Shown in pieces: positions 1-11,841 of a DNA stretch of 64,000 bases. Position numbers and translations under genes: made by a program. The DNA is from Prorocentrum cordatum (taxonomy: Eukaryota), in assembly GCA_963575745.1 (NCBI GenBank), contig CAUYUJ010000279.1, positions 1 to 64,000 of the forward strand, read 5' to 3'. How positions within the stretch are numbered: position 1 is the first letter of the stretch; the number at the start of each line of letters is the position of its first letter. Below the pieces are notes generated by a model. The model had not been told where the DNA came from, made no database searches, and saw only the letters and a list, made by a program, of their open reading frames with translations.

Positions 1-31
<31 letters not shown>

Positions 32-98
32 GACTAAGACTACGACTACGACTACGACTACGACTACGACTACGACTACGACTACGACTACGACTACG

Positions 99-162
<64 letters not shown>

Positions 163-163
163 T

Positions 164-201
<38 letters not shown>

Positions 202-210
202 CTACTCCTA
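1..210. repeat. (CTA)n/(CTACGA)n microsatellite
   Basis: Directly visible trinucleotide and hexanucleotide repeats. Confidence 0.97.
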
Positions 211-521
211 TCCTTATTCCTTATTAGAATATACTCCTACTCCCCCCTCAGGCCGGCAGATAGCGGGCGCATCCGGGTGGTCCCATCCTAACCTGGAAAA
301 AACAATACAAAATCAATATTTTTCTTATTTTTTCCTCTCGACATGGACGTCCTGTCGTCCACGGCGATAATCCATTGCAAAAAATACCACAAAGAGCACA
401 CGCGCGCGTTCATGTCAGAATCCTACCGAACACCGTGTGTTTGCAAGCATTTCAACATTATGCTAACGGAGTTCCCCACATAAATAGATTAACGGTTTCG
501 TGGGACCCATTTTCTTGATGT

Positions 522-1939
522 CCTCCTCGCGACGCAGGAGGGGTGGGAGGGGCACGAAACCATGTAAATAGTATGGTATTCCGATACCCTCCTCGCTCAG
601 GCGGGGCCTCCCTGGAGGGGTGGGAGGGGCACGAAACCATGTAAATAGTATGGTATTCCGATACCCTCCTCGCTCAGGCGGGGCCTCCCTGGAGGGGTGG
701 GAGGGGCACGAAACCATGTAAATAGTATGGTATTCCGATACCCTCCTCGCTCAGGCGGGGCCTCCCTGGAGGGGTGGGAGGGGCACGAAACCATGTAAAT
801 AGTATGGTATTCCGATACCCTCCTCGCTCAGGCGGGGCCTCCCTGGAGGGGTGGGAGGGGCACGAAACCATGTAAATAGTATGGTATTCCGATACCCTCC
901 TCGCTCAGGCGGGGCCTCCCTGGAGGGGTGGGAGGGGCACGAAACCATGTAAATAGTATGGTATTCCGATACCCTCCTCGCTCAGGCGGGGCCTCCCTGG
1001 AGGGGTGGGAGGGGCACGAAACCATGTAAATAGTATGGTATTCCGATACCCTCCTCGCTCAGGCGGGGCCTCCCTGGAGGGGTGGGAGGGGCACGAAACC
1101 ATGTAAATAGTATGGTTTTCCGATACCCTCCTCGCTCAGGCGGGGCCTCCCTGGAGGGGTGGGAGGGGCACGAAACCATGTAAATAGTATGGTTTTCCGA
1201 TACCTTCCTCGCTCAGGCGGGGCCTCCCTGGAGGGGTGGGAGGGGCACGAAACCAGATAAATAGTATGGTATTCCGATACCCTCCTCGCTCAGGCGGGGC
1301 CTCCCTGGAGGGGTGGGAGGGGCACGAAACCATGTAAATAGTATTGGTATTCCGATACCCTCCTCGCTCAGGCGGGGCCTCCCTGGAGGGGTGGGAGGGG
1401 CACGAAACCATGTAAATAGTATGGTATTCCGATACCCTCCTCGCTCAGGCGGGGCCTCCCTGGAGGGGTGGGAGGGGCACGAAACCATGTAAATAGTATG
1501 GTATTCCGATACCCTCCTCGCTCAGGCGGGGCCTCCCTGGAGGGGTGGGAGGGGCACGAAACCATGTAAATAGTATGGTTTCCGATACCCTCCTCGCTCA
1601 GGCGGGGCCTCCCTGGAGGGGTGGGAGGGGCACGAAACCATGTAAATAGTATGGTATTCCGATACCCTCCTCGCTCAGGCGGGGCCTCCCTGGAGGGGTG
1701 GGAGGGGCACGAAACCATGTAAATAGTATGGTATTCCGATACCCTCCTCGCTCAGGCGGGGCCTCCCTGGAGGGGTGGGAGGGGCACGAAACCATGTAAA
1801 TAGTATGGTATTCCGATACCCTCCTCGCTCAGGCGGGGCCTCCCTGGAGGGGTGGGAGGGGCACGAAACCATGTACATAGTATGGTATTCCGATACCCTC
1901 CTCGCTCAGGCGGGGCCTCCCTGGAGGGGTGGGAGGGGC
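522..1939. repeat. 77-bp minisatellite, ~18 near-identical copies
   Basis: Unit GGGTGGGAGGGGCACGAAACCATGTAAATAGTATGGTATTCCGATACCCTCCTCGCTCAGGCGGGGCCTCCCTGGAG. ORF starts recur every 77 bp. Confidence 0.97.
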
Positions 1940-1943
1940 AGTG

Positions 1944-2080
1944 ATATGGTATGGTATGCTATGGTACGCCATGGTATGGTATGGTACGGTATGGTACGTA
2001 TGGTGTGGTATGGTATGGTATGGTATGATATGGTATGGTATGTGTGGTAGGAACTATGGTATGGTATGGTGTGTGTGGTA
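1944..2080. repeat. (TATGG)n degenerate microsatellite
   Basis: Directly visible. Confidence 0.9.
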
Positions 2081-5000
2081 GGAATAATATTGTGCTGTAT
2101 GGAAGATGGAGCGGGAGGTGGGTGGGAAGGAGAGGGTGCTCTGGGAAAACAAGAACCCCACTCAGGATGTGGGGAATAAAAACATCAAAAACCCAATGTT
2201 TTTTTTTACAAAAAATTGTACAAATTTCCCGCCCGGGCTCTCTTGCTGAAATCATAGGAAAACCATAGGAATCTTAAGAATTCGGTCGAATCCAGCGATT
2301 TCACGTCATCGCGCGGTGCACTCGCGATGCTCTGTCATGCACCCAGGCCGCGAATCCTGTGCAAAAAATACCACAAGAGCACACTCGCGCGTTCATGTCA
2401 GAATCCTACCGAAACCCGTGTGTTTGCAAGCATTTCAACATAAAAACATCAAAAACCCAATGCTTTTTCACAAAAATGTTTTGGGGTGTCCTGTCAGACC
2501 GTCGGGTTTCCTCCGGCCACCTCTGGCTTCCTGCGGTGTACCGGGCCATTCTCGACTCGTCTGGCAATGCGTGCGCGGCATTCAACACGCGCTCGCCAGT
2601 TCCCGTCGGCAACCGCCATCGCGGCCGCATCAGCTGTACCAAACCGGCTGGCCGGTGTGACTTCGGCCCCCAGTTGTGCCAGCTTTGCTTCTTATGTTGT
2701 GGGAGGGCGGGTGGGACTGGGCATGCCATGCTTGACTCGCTCGAGCTGGCTAGCTTGACTCCTACTCCTATCCTTATTCCTTATTAGAATATACTCCTAC
2801 TCCCCCCTCAGGCCGGCAGATAGGGGCCGCATCCGGGTGGTCCCATCCTAACCTGTAAAAAACAATACAAAATCAACATTTTCTTATTTTTTCCTCTCGA
2901 CATGGACGTCCTGTCGTCCACGGCGATAATCCATTGCAAAAAATACCACACAGAGCACACGCGCGCGTTCATGTCAGAATCCTACCGAACACCGTGTGTT
3001 TGCAAGCATTTCAACATAAAAACATCAAAAACCCAATGCTTTTTCACAAAAATTGTACAAATTTCCCGCCCGGGCTCTCTTGCTGAAATCATAGGAAAAC
3101 CATAGGAATCTTAAGAATTCGGTCAAATCCAGCGATTTCACGTCATCGCGCGGTGCACTCGCGATGCTCTGTCATGCACCCAGGCCGCGAATCCTGTGCA
3201 AAAATACCACAAAGAGCACACTCGCGCGTTCATGTCAGAATCCTACCGAACACCGTGTGTTTGCAAGCATTTCAACATAAAAACATCAAAAACCCAATGC
3301 TTTTTCACAAAAATGCTTTGGGGTGTCCTGTCAGACCGTCGGGCTTCCTCCGGCCACCTCTGGCTTCCTGCGGTGTACCGGGCCATTCTCGACTCGTCTG
3401 GCAATGCGTGCGCGGCATTCAACACGCGCTCGCCAGTTCCCGTCGGCAACCGCCATCGCGGCCGCATCAGCTGTACCAAACCGGCTGGCCGGTGTGACTT
3501 CGGCCCCCAGTTGTGCCAGCTTTGCTTCTTATGTTGTGGGAGGGCGGGTGGGACTGGGCATGCCATGCTTGACTCGCTCGAGCTGGCTAGCTTGACTCCT
3601 ACTCCTACTCCTACTCCTACTCCTACTCCTATCCTTATTCCTTATTAGAATATACTCCTACTCCCCCCTCAGGCCGGCCATTAGGGGCCGCATCCGGGGG
3701 GTCCCATCCTAACCTGTAAAAAACAATACAAAATCAATATTTTTCTTATTTTTTCCTCTCGACATGGACGTCCTGTCGTCCACGGCGATAATCCATTGCA
3801 AAAAATACCACAAAGAGCACACGCGCGCGTTCATGTCAGAATCCTACCGAACACCGTGTGTTTGCAAGCATTTCAACATAAAAACATCAAAAACCCAATG
3901 CTTTTTCACAAAAATTGTACAAATTTCCCGCCCGGGCTCTCTTGCTGAAATCATAGGAAAACCATAGGAATCTTAAGAATTCTGTCAAATCCAGCGATTT
4001 CACGTCATCGCGCGGTGCACTCGCGATGCTCTGTCATGCACCCAGGCCGCGAATCCTGTGCAAAAAATACCACAAAGAGCACACTCGCGCGTTCATGTCA
4101 GAATCCTACCGAACACCGTGTGTTTGCAAGCATTTCAACATAAAAACATCAAAAACCCAATGCTTTTTCACAAAAATGCTTTGGGGTGTCCTGTCAGACC
4201 GTCGGGCTTCCTCCGGCCACCTCTGGCTTCCTGCGGTGTACCGGGCCATTCTCGACTCGTCTGGCAATGCGTGCGCGGCATTCAACACGCGCTCGCCAGT
4301 TCCCGTCGGCAACCGCCATCGCGGCCGCATCAGCTGTACCAAACCGGCTGGCCGGTGTGACTTCGGCCCCCAGTTGTGCCAGCTTTGCTTCTTATGTTGT
4401 GGGAGGGCGGGTGGGACTGGGCATGCCATGCTTGACTCGCTCGAGCTGGCTAGCTTGACTCCTATCCTTATTCCTTATTAGAATATACTCCTACTCCCCC
4501 CTCAGGCCGGCAGATAGGGGCCGCATCCGGGTGGTCCCATCCTAACCTGTAAAAAACAATACAAAATCAATATGTTTCTTATTTTTTCCTCTCGACATGG
4601 ACGTCCTGTCGTCCACGGCGATAATCCATTACAAAAAATACCACAAAGAGCACACGCGCGCGTTCATGTCAGAATCCTACCGAACACCGTGTGTTTGCAA
4701 GCATTTCAACATAAAAACATCAAAAACCCAATGCTTTTTTCACAAAAATTCTACAAATTTCCTGCCCGGGCTCTCTTGCCGAAATCATAGGAAAACCATT
4801 GGAATCTTAAGAATTCTGTCAAATCCAGCGATTTCACGTCATCGCGCGGTGCACTCGCGATGCTCTGTCATGCACCCAGGCCGCGAATCCTGTGCAAAAA
4901 ATACCACGCGGGCGACATGCGCGCGCGTCGCCGCGAGCGCATGCTCAAATCCTTCTAGAGTCGTCGCCGTCATTGGCACCGTCGCATGGACGTCCTGTCG

Positions 5001-5106
5001 TCCACGTCTCAAAATGCATGGCAGGAATGAGACGCGGCGCACACCCCGCGCCCGCCCATCCAATCCGTCCCATTCTAATCTGCAAAAGACAATACACAGT
5101 TTTTGT

Positions 5107-5159
<53 letters not shown>

Positions 5160-5240
5160 ATAATAACTTCTAACTACTACTAATAATAATACTAGTACTA
5201 ATAGTACTGCAAGTACTTGTCATAGCACTACTTTTTCTGT

Positions 5241-5336
<96 letters not shown>

Positions 5337-5430
5337 CACTACCACTACCACTACCACTACCACTACCACTACCACTACCACTACCACTACCACTACCACT
5401 ACCAACACCCACTACCACTGGTACTACTAC
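5107..5430. repeat. (CTA)n/(CTACCA)n microsatellite
   Basis: Directly visible. Confidence 0.95.
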
Positions 5431-5459
5431 TCCTGCCTCTTGGGGCCTCCTGGGCCCCC

Positions 5460-7470
5460 TTGGGGTGTCCTGTCAGACCGTCGGGCTTCCTCCGGCCACC
5501 TCTGGCTTCCTGCGGTGTACCGGGCCATTCTCGACTCGTCTGGCAATGCGTGCGCGGCATTCAACACGCGCTCGCCAGTTCCCGTCGGCAACCGCCATCG
5601 CGGCCGCATCAGCTGTACCAAACCGGCTGGCCGGTGTGACTTCGGCCCCCAGTTGTGCCAGCTTTGCTTCTTATGTTGTGGGAGGGCGGGTGGGACTGGG
5701 CATGCCATGCTTGACTCGCTCGAGCTGGCTAGCTTGACTCCTACTCCTTACTCCTATCCTTATTCCTTATTAGAATATACTCCTACTCCCCCCTCAGGCC
5801 GGCCATTAGGGGCCGCATCCGGGTGGTCCCATCCTAACCTGTAAAAAACAATACAAAATCAACATTTTTCTTATTTTTTCCTCTCGACATGGACGTCCTG
5901 TCGTCCACGGCGATAATCCATTGCAAAAAATACCAACAAAGAGCACACGCGCGCGTTCATGTCAGAATCCTACCGAACACCTGTGTTTGCAAGCATTTCA
6001 ACATAAAAACATAAAAAACCCAATGCTTTTTCACAAAAATTCTACAAATTTCCTGCCCGGGCTCTCTTGCTGAAATCATAGGAGAACCATAGGAATCTTA
6101 AGAATTCGGTCAAATCCAGCGATTTCACGTCATCGCGCGGTGCACTCGCGATGCTCTGTCATGCACCCAGGCCGCGAATCCTGTGCAAAAAATACAACAA
6201 AGAGCACACTCGCGCGTTCATGTCAGAATCCTACCGAACACCGTGTGTTTGCAAGCATTTCAACATAAAAACATCAAAAACCCAATGCTTTTTCACAAAA
6301 ATGCTTTGGGGTGTCCTGTCAGACCGTCGGGCTTCCTCCGGCCACCTCTGGCTTCCTGCGGTGTACCGGGCCATTCTCGACTCGTCTGGCAATGCGTGCG
6401 CGGCATTCAACACGCGCTCGCCAGTTCCCGTCGGCAACCGCCATCGCGGCCGCATCAGCTGTACCAAACCGGCTGGCCGGTGTGACTTCGGCCCCCAGTT
6501 GTGCCAGCTTTGCTTCTTATGTTGTGGGAGGGCGGGTGGGACTGGGCATGCCATGCTTGACTCGCTCGAGCTGGCTAGCTTGACTCCTACTCCTACTCCT
6601 ACTCTATCCTTATTCCTTATTAGAATATACTCCTACTCCCCCCTCAGGCCGGCAGATAGGGGCCGCATCCGGGTGGTCCCATCCTAACCTGTAAAAAAAC
6701 AATACAAAATCAACATTTTTCTTATTTTTTCCTCTCGACATGGACGTCCTGTCGTCCACGGCGATAATCCATTGCAAAACATACCACAAAGAGCACACGC
6801 GCGCGTTCATGTCAGAATCCTACCGAACACCGCGTGTTTGCAAGCATTTCAACATAAAAACATCAAAAACCCAATGCTTTTTCACAAAAAAATGTACAAA
6901 TTTCCCGCCCGGGCTCTCTTGCTGAAATCATAGGAAAACCATAGGAATCTTAAGAATTCTGTCAAATCCAGCGATTTCACGTCATCGCGCGGTGCACTCG
7001 CGATGCTCTGTCATGCACCCAGGCCGCGAATCCTGTGCAAAAAATACCACAAAGAGCACACTCGCGCGTTCATGTCAGAATCCTACCGAACACCGTGTGT
7101 TTGCAAGCATTTCAACATAAAAACATCAAAAACCCAATGCTTTTTCACAAAAATGCTTTGGGGTGTCCTGTCAGACCGTCGGGCTTCCTCCGGCCACCTC
7201 TGGCTTCCTGCGGTGTACCGGGCCATTCTCGACTCGTCTGGCAATGCGTGCGCGGCATTCAACACGCGCTCGCCAGTTCCCGTCGGCAACCGCCATCGCG
7301 GCCGCATCAGCTGTACCAAACCGGCTGGCCGGTGTGACTTCGGCCCCCAGTTGTGCCAGCTTTGCTTCTTATGTTGTGGGAGGGCGGGTGGGACTGGGCA
7401 TGCCATGCTTGACTCGCTCGAGCTGGCTAGCTTGACCCTTACTCCTACTCCTACTCCTACTCCCACTCCT
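5460..7470. repeat. Tandem array II of the same ~845-bp unit (partial unit plus 2 units)
   Basis: Unit starts at 5757 and 6608. Sequence matches array I. Confidence 0.95.
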
Positions 7471-8149
7471 TCCTCCTTTCTCCTCCCTCCTTCCTCCTTC
7501 CTTTCTCCGACCTTCCCCCCTCCCCCCTCCCTCCTTGGATTTCTCCCCCTGGCGGTCCTCGTCGGAGCACACCAGCGCGTAGAGCGTCCGCCTGCCGTGC
7601 AGCCGCGCCCCCGGCGGGGCGATGCGCACGGGGGTGACCCTGTAGTAGCCGAGGCGGTCGTCCCCGACGCGCTCGGGCGGCAGGTCCTGCGGTGCCACGG
7701 GCGGGCGGCCTGCCCCTCGTCGTGCCCTGCTCGACGTGCTCCCCCCTCCTCCTCGGAGGACGAGGAAGAGGACGAGGAGGACGAGGAGGACGAGGAGGAG
7801 GAGGACGAGGAAGGAGGACGAGGGAGAAACACGAGGACGAGAAGGAGGAGGGGGACAAGGAGGAGGACGAGGAGGAAGAGGAGCACGAGGAGGAGGGCGA
7901 CGGCAAGGACGAGGGCGAGGACTGAGTCCTCGCCCTCGTCCTCGCCCTCGTCTTCCCCATCGTGTTCTACCTCGTGCTCCTCTACCCGGCGCGCCAGCTC
8001 CTCCGCGCGCTCCCGCTCCGCCTCGGCCTGCTCTCCCCTCCCCTGTCTCCCCCCACCCTGCGGGGCCCCCCATGGGCCCCTCTCGCGCCTTGCTCCTCAT
8101 GCGCTTCGCCCGCTCGTTCCCCCCATTGTGTTTCCTGCAAGACGCGTTG

Positions 8150-8912
8150 AGCAATCTACGTGGGGCAACGCATGCGGTGCAATCTGTGCTGGACAATCCA
8201 TGTGGTGCAAGCAATGTGTGTGGGGGGGGGCAATCTATGTGGTGCAGTGTATGTGGTGCAATATACGCAATGTGGTGCACTATATGTGGTGCAATATGTG
8301 TGGTGCAACCTATGTCGAGCAATTTACGCCGTGCAATATGCAGCGTGGTGCGATGTATGTGGCGCAGTATGTGTGGTGCAGCCGATGTGGAACAATATAT
8401 GTGATGCAATCTATGTGGTGCAATATGCGTTGTGCTCTCTACATAATGCAATATATGCTGTGCAACCTCCTTGATTCAATATACTTGGTGCAAGTGACGT
8501 GGTGCAATATGTGTGGTACAATGTATGTGGTGCAATCTAAATGGAGCAGTGTAGGTGGTGCAACCTACGTGTTGCAATCTAAGTTGTGCAGCACATCTTG
8601 TGCAATATGGGTCGAGAATTCTATGTGATGCAATCTACGTGGTACAATCTACCATGCCAATCTATACTGTACTGTCCAAGCTGTGCAAAATGCGTGGAGC
8701 AATCTAGGTGGTACGGTCGATGCGGCACAATATGTTTGGTGCAATCTATGTTGCGCGTTACGTGAGGAGCAATACTTGTGTTGCAATATAAGTGGTGCAA
8801 CTTATGTGGTACAACCTGCGTGGTGCAATCTATGTTGTGCAACGCATGCATGTGGTGCGATACATGTGTTGCAGCCTGCGTGGTGCAATAGCTGTGGTGC
8901 AATCTGTATGTG
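8150..8912. repeat. Degenerate ~12-bp satellite (TATGTGGTGCAA)n
   Basis: Recurrent TGTGGTGCAATCTA / ATATG motifs. Confidence 0.85.
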
Positions 8913-9099
8913 CCTGGCGACGAGGCGGCGAAGGGGCGGCGACGGCGACGACATGGCCGCCGGACCAACACGCAGGCCCAGTCGACTGGCGGCGACGAGG
9001 CGGCGACGGGGTGGCAACGGCGACGACACCGCCGCTGGACCAACACGCATGCCCAGTTCCTCAGAGAACAGATTAGAACTCCTAAAAGTCCAAGCACTG

Positions 9100-9661
9100 T
9101 TTGGGGAACAACTCCCGCCTGTGCGGGCCAGGCGTCTTGCCTTATACTTCCTGGCCATCTATACTTCTGAAAAGCTTGAAATGTGCAAAAACTTTGATGA
9201 TGGAGGGCGGCCCATTTCAAAAAGTGCGTTCTCGCCTTCACGCACCGCGCACTTGTTTTTCAAGGTTGAACAGCTTCAGAAATGGAGGGTGGGTCCGCCG
9301 CGCACAGTCTGTTGAACGTTTGCAGCAGTTTCCAGGATCCCGATTGCTGAAGTCGCAAAAATGGTGCGCTGGCAAGATTTAGGATGACCAGGCCGCAAAC
9401 GCAACCTTAATTCGCGAAGTCCTTGGACCGGCGTTCTGGCACGATCCAGGATCGTCGTCAGCACGCAGCAGTCATCTTGATTCGCGGCGCTGAGGTACCA
9501 GGAATGGTGGTTTGTTGCACGGCTGAAAACTATCAGACGATTGTTTTTACATGTGGCACTTCCTGCAATGACAATTAACTTCAATACGGACTCTCGCAGA
9601 AGAGACGTGCAGTGGGAGCTTATTGCAACATCGTCAATGCATTGTGGGCTTACACTGTCCC
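9100..9661 (+). mobile_element. Copy of a (CCT)n-associated dispersed element, diverged
   Basis: Homologous to 21121-21899 (GTTCTGGCACGATCCAGGATCGTC...CAACATCGT...TTACACTGTCC). Followed by (CCT)n. Confidence 0.7.
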
Positions 9662-10229
9662 TCTTCTCCTCCTCCTCCTCCTCCTCCTCCTCCTCCTCCT
9701 TCACCTCCTCCACATCCTCCTCTTTCTCCTCCTCCTCCTCCTCCTCCTCCTCCTCCTCCTCCTCCTCCTCTCCAACACAGATGTCCGCCATCCTCCTCCT
9801 CCTCCTCCTCTTTCTCCTCCTCCTCTCTCCTCCTCCTCTCCTCCTCCTCCTCCTCCTCCTCCTCCTCCTCATTCCTCCCCCTTGCTCCTCAACCCCCTCT
9901 CCTCCACCTTCCTCCTCCTCCCCCCTCCTCCTCCTCCTCCCCCTCCGCGTTTCTGTTTCTTGCGGGCCCCCCTGCGCCCACGGGCCGAGAGGCCGTCCCC
10001 GACCCGGTCGGGCAGGGAGATCCTCCACCACGGTGGCGGCGTCCCGCTGCTTCGCGCGCGTGCGGTCGCACCGCGCGCCCGCGCCGCCGAAGCGCCGAGG
10101 GCCGCGCCTGCGAAGGCGGGGAGGGGGGATGGGGGAGGAAGACAACGACGGCCAGGTCCAGACCCGTCGGGTCATCCGGAGGAGGAGGGCGAACGTTCAT
10201 TCACTGTCCCTGGGGGCGCGGCTGAGGTG

Positions 10230-11469
10230 GAGTTCCGCGGTGCGGATTGCTGTAGATGAACTCCCACTACTGAAGAATACTTATTGCTGATTCCTCCAGT
10301 GCGCACTCTGTTGTTTAATTGAAGTGCCCCTCCCGGCGCTCGCACCCTATTTTTATCAGGGGAAGTTTTCCTCCTCAAACTGTGTTGTTGGCCCCCGGGT
10401 TACAACAACAACGGTTCCCGCCTTTGATTTTCTTACATTTTAGCCAGAACCCCCGCTCCCGCCTGAGACTTCCTCGCATTTGTTTCAAGAACCGCGCTCT
10501 CGCTTGGGACTTCCTTGCAAGTTATTCAGGAATTGGAGCCGCGCTCTCGCTGGAGACTCGCTTGCAATGTTCTCAAGAATGGCGCCCTTGCGAGGGAATT
10601 GCATGCAATTTGCTCAAGCGCCGCGCTCCCGACACTCAGGCACCCAGGAGTCGCGCTCACGCTCAGGACTCCCTCACAGATTACTTGGACATCGGGATGT
10701 CGCCGCCCTTCGTGGCTTCGTTGCAGCCCTTCGTGGCCCCCTCGCATCCCTTCGTGGCCCCGTTGCAGCCCTTCGCGCCCCCCCCGCTGCCCTTCGTGAC
10801 CCCGTTGCAGCCCTTCGTGCCCCCCCCGCTGCCCTTCGTGGCCCCGTTGCATCCCCTCGTGGCCCTTCGTGGCCCCGTTGCAGCCCTTCGTGGCCCCCTC
10901 CCTGCCTGTCGTGGCCCCGTTGCAGCCCTTCGTGGCCCCCTCGATGCCCTTCGTGGCCCCGTTGCGCCCTTTCGTGGCCCCCTCGCTGCCTATCGTGGCC
11001 CCCCCGCTGCCCCTTGTGGCCCCGCTTTGCAGCCCTTCGCGGCCCCGTTGCAACCCCTCGTGGCCCCCTCGCTGCCCTTCGTGGCCCCGTTGCAGCCCTT
11101 CGTGGCCCCCTCGCTGCCCTTCGTGGCCCCGTTGCTGCCCTGCGTGGCCCCGTCCTTGCCCTCCGCGGCCAAATCTACGCATGCCCTTCGTGGCCCCCGC
11201 TCGTTCGCGCCCGTCGTGGCCCCATGTGCACGCCCTTCGTGGCCCCGCCGTCGCCCTGTGTGGCCCCCTCGCTGTCCTACGCGGCCCAGTTGCTACCCTC
11301 AGTGGCCCCGTCGTTGCTTTCTGTGGCCCCGCATTATCCGCCCTTCGTGTCCCCCGCTCGTTCGCGCTCTTCGTGTCCCGTTGTCGCCCTTCGCGGCCTA
11401 CTTCGTGCCCTTCGTGGCCCTGCTGTCGTTCTCTCTCTCGCTGTCGCTTTCGCTCGTCGTCGTCGTCGT

Positions 11470-11531
<62 letters not shown>

Positions 11532-11805
11532 GCATCGTCGTCGTGGTCGGTCCCCTGTCCGTCCTTCTTGGGGTCGGGTTGCAGCCGATCAGCGCTGCCG
11601 CTGTCCAGGCCGACGGTCCGCGGCCGCCCCGCCGCTTGCCGGGGCTCGGCCTGCAGGGAAGAAAGGTATAACCCCTAAAAAAAGGGGTACGATCGACGAC
11701 GAAGAGGGCGGGCATCAAAGATTTGGGAAATACGCGTTAACGGGCACTCGACCAGATAAGAGCGAACAGTCTCAAAATGATTGTTGATGTTGTTGTTGAT
11801 GTTGC

Positions 11806-11841
<36 letters not shown>

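Larger units (their letters stand above)
459..2176 (-). mobile_element. Helentron/HINE-like non-autonomous element carrying a 77-bp tandem array and (TATGG)n
   Basis: Inserted at CAACAT^AAAAACATC, with the empty site visible in sister units. Asymmetric inverted repeat TTCCCCACAT (472-481)/ATGTGGGGAA (2167-2176). Terminal hairpin CCCCAC-N7-GTGGGG. No clear TSD. Confidence 0.7.
200..4908. repeat. Tandem array I of ~835-860-bp units, each with an internal ~120-bp duplication, joined by variable (ACTCCT)n; the first unit is interrupted by an insertion
   Basis: Unit start TCCTTATTCCTTATTAGAATATAC recurs at 211, 2771, 3632 and 4465. Units are near-identical. Confidence 0.95.

Noticed and set aside
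522..1939. CRISPR-like regular array or repeated 65-aa ORFs
   Set aside because: Units are identical with no unique spacers, and no cas genes are present. The 77-bp period is not a multiple of 3.
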